Shown here: piece after piece, positions 61,957-64,000 of the stretch
Layout: every line of letters starts with the position of its first letter
How positions within the stretch are numbered: position 1 is the first letter of the stretch
Origin: Actinomycetota bacterium
GTDB taxonomy: Bacteria; Actinomycetota; UBA4738; HRBIN12
DNA length: 64,000 bases
NCBI GenBank assembly: GCA_040004125.1
Contig: JBDUBL010000003.1
Span: 8,392-72,391, forward strand
Reading direction: 5' to 3'
Notes under the pieces: generated by a model
The model's input: the letters and a program-made list of their open reading frames with translations, nothing else
What the model was told of the DNA's origin: nothing
Database searches by the model: none
Position numbers and translations under genes: made by a program

Positions 61957-64000
61957 TCAGCCTACCGGAGGACTCGCCAGCTCCTCGTCGAGGCCTACGG
62001 ACAGGATCGGCTCGTCGTCGGACGCGGACTGCGGCGCGGAGGCCCCGGCGGCGGCTCCGCGCTCCGCTTCGACGCTTTGCTGGTTCTCCAGTCGCTGGGC
62101 GACCACCTTGGTGGTCCCGTCGTTGTTGAGGGAGATGCCATAGAGCATGCCGGCGATCTCCATCGTCCGCTTCTGGTGGGTCACGATGAGCACCTGCGAA
62201 GCGTCGGCGAACCCGTCCACCAGCCGCAGGAACCGATGCAGATTGACGTCGTCCAGCGCCGGTTCCACCTCGTCCATGAGATAGAAGGGCGAAGGTCGAG
62301 CGGTGAAGATCGCGAACAGGAACGCCATCGCGGTCAACGAGCGTTCGCCGCCGGACAGCAGCGAGATGCGCTTGACCCGCTTGCGGCCGGGGCTCGCCTC
62401 GATCTCGATGCCGGACGCAAGCGGGCTCGCGGGGTCGGTCAGCACGAGGCGGCCCTCGCCACCGGGGAACAGCTCTGCGATGAGCCGCTCGAACTGGATC
62501 GCCACATCTTGATAGGCCGACGTGAACGACTCCGTGATCTGCTGATCGATCTGCGCGACCACCTCGAGGAGATCGCGCCGCGCCTTGCGTACATCGTCAA
62601 GCTCGCGCTGCATGAAGTCGTGGCGCTCCTGCATCGACTCGAGCTCTCCGGTCGCCAGCAGGTTCACGCGACCGAGCAAGGCGAGGCGACGCTGCACGAG
62701 CTCCTGCCGCTTCTCGATCGTCTCGACGCCCTCGTCGTCGCTGAGCGTCGCAAGGATATCTGCGGGCTCGATCGCGAAGCCCTCTCGTAACAGCCGTTCC
62801 GCCTCCCCGATGCGCCGCTCGATGTCGCCCCGAAGGCGGTCCTCGTCCTCGTAGCGCTCCCGGAGCTCGTCCAGGGAGGTCGAGGCATCACGCCAACTCT
62901 TGTTGACGGCTGCCTCGCGCTCGGCCGCGGCGCGCTCGGCGAGGCCCGCCGCCTCGCGGGCCTCGGCGACGGCCGTGAAGGCGGCGTCGGCACGAGCAAC
63001 CGCGGTCTCGGCCTCTGTGCGAGCCGTTTCGGCGGCGGCGAGCTCTGCACGCAGCCGCGCCGGATCGTGCGCCGCAAGTTGATCGCGCTCGACGCGAAGT
63101 TCGGACACGCGGTGATCCTGGTTGGCGCGCTCGCGACGCAACGTCTCCACCGTGACGCGCACCTGGATCGGGGCTTGCGGAAGCGGCGGGAGCTCCGGCG
63201 CCTCCTCGGCGGCGCCGGGCCCCATCTCGGCGATCCGCTCGCGCGCCGCGGATGCGGTCTCGGCAACCACGCCCAGCCGCTGTGCGAGCAACTCCTCCTC
63301 CTTGTGCATCGCGGCGAGCTCGCGCTCGGCGGTGATCAGCCGCTCGGCGGCCTCGGTGATATCTGCATCGGCGGCCTCGATCTGCTCCTGCAAGAACAAC
63401 ACCTCCCCGGCGATCTCGTCGAGTCGCTCCGTGCGGGGGCGAAGCTGTTGTTCGGTCGCCGAGAGGTCGTGTGCGAGGACCTGCAGTTCGGCGCGGATCT
63501 CGCGCAGCCGGACATCGGCCTCCTTCGCGGTATGGATCACGGCGGGGCCGACCAGCACACCTTCCGCGGTCACGAACGACGCCCGCGGGTTCTCGATCTG
63601 CTTGCGCGCCGCCTCGGCGATATCGCCGACGAGGTAGACGTCGCGCAGCACCGTCGAGACGATCCCGCGCGCCGAGGGCTCGGCATCGACCTTCGATAGG
63701 AGCTTCTGCTCGCCCGACAGGCCGATCGGCACGGGGCCGCCTGCGGCGATCGCGAGGATCGCACCGGCGCCGTGGGGGGCGTCCTCGAGCGCACGGTCGC
63801 CGTCGTCATAGACCACGGCGTCGGCGAGCGGGCCGAGCGCCGCGACGAGAGCACGCTCGAGACCGGCCTCGACACGAACGAGATCCCGAAGCAGACCGAT
63901 TGCCTGGCCCGTGTGTCCGGCGAGGAACCGCGAGCCGGGCGTCTCCTCGATGTCGCGACGACGGGCATCGAGCAGGTCCTTGCGAGCCTGCATCCGCCGG
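61957..64000 (-). CDS. smc: Chromosome segregation protein SMC, C-terminal ~680 codons (5' end beyond the window end)
   Basis: Long coiled coil followed by LSGGERSLTAMAFLFAIF...FYLMDEVEPALDD (ABC signature plus Walker B). The ORF stays open to position 64000. Confidence 0.94.
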   Translation of the reverse strand, partial: RRMQARKDLLDARRRDIEETPGSRFLAGHTGQAIGLLRDLVRVEAGLERALVAALGPLADAVVYDDGDRALEDAPHGAGAILAIAAGGPVPIGLSGEQKLLSKVDAEPSARGIVSTVLRDVYLVGDIAEAARKQIENPRASFVTAEGVLVGPAVIHTAKEADVRLREIRAELQVLAHDLSATEQQLRPRTERLDEIAGEVLFLQEQIEAADADITEAAERLITAERELAAMHKEEELLAQRLGVVAETASAARERIAEMGPGAAEEAPELPPLPQAPIQVRVTVETLRRERANQDHRVSELRVERDQLAAHDPARLRAELAAAETARTEAETAVARADAAFTAVAEAREAAGLAERAAAEREAAVNKSWRDASTSLDELRERYEDEDRLRGDIERRIGEAERLLREGFAIEPADILATLSDDEGVETIEKRQELVQRRLALLGRVNLLATGELESMQERHDFMQRELDDVRKARRDLLEVVAQIDQQITESFTSAYQDVAIQFERLIAELFPGGEGRLVLTDPASPLASGIEIEASPGRKRVKRISLLSGGERSLTAMAFLFAIFTARPSPFYLMDEVEPALDDVNLHRFLRLVDGFADASQVLIVTHQKRTMEIAGMLYGISLNNDGTTKVVAQRLENQQSVEAERGAAAGASAPQSASDDEPILSVGLDEELASPPVG

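Overview
This is a very GC-rich, actinobacterial-type chromosome segment; third codon positions are almost always G/C. All domain and family calls below were made by eye from motifs, with no HMM or BLAST searches.

Most of the window is the conserved minus-strand information-processing backbone known from Streptomyces and Mycobacterium. In order it reads: ftsK (5' part), rnj, dapA, dapB, M16 peptidase, pnp, rpsO, ribF, truB, nrnA, rbfA, infB, ylxR, nusA, rimP, ispG, rseP, dxr, cdsA, frr, pyrH, tsf, rpsB, M23 peptidase, whiG, xerC, dprA, comM-like, yraN, DUF2469, rnhB, lepB, rplS, trmD, rimM, KH protein, rpsP, ffh, ftsY and smc (3' part).

Lineage-specific genes are wedged into this backbone, and nearly all plus-strand genes are of this kind:
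- PduO-type adenosyltransferase
- histidine phosphatase
- trpE-trpG with a Trp-codon leader and attenuator
- GT-C-like membrane protein
- PLP decarboxylase
- DUF4153 membrane protein
- GAF histidine kinase

Several secreted or membrane proteins of unknown function are also present. I saw no rRNA, tRNA, CRISPR array, transposase or phage genes.

The best candidate for something undescribed is a ~4 kb plus-strand island at 52.1-56.2 kb that splits the normally contiguous rimM-trmD operon. It contains:
- a polytopic M50 (site-2-type) metalloprotease with a PqqD-like segment and two C-terminal cyclic-nucleotide-binding domains
- a translationally coupled 8-Cys zinc-ribbon protein
- a small basic ORF built on a 4x15-bp tandem repeat, closed by a perfect 14-bp hairpin
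- a Crp/Fnr regulator
- near-consensus CRP boxes in the two promoter regions
- an unlisted 80-codon ORF just upstream of trmD

Gene starts were trimmed from the ORF track where conserved N-termini, signal peptides or neighbouring stop codons indicated a shorter gene.
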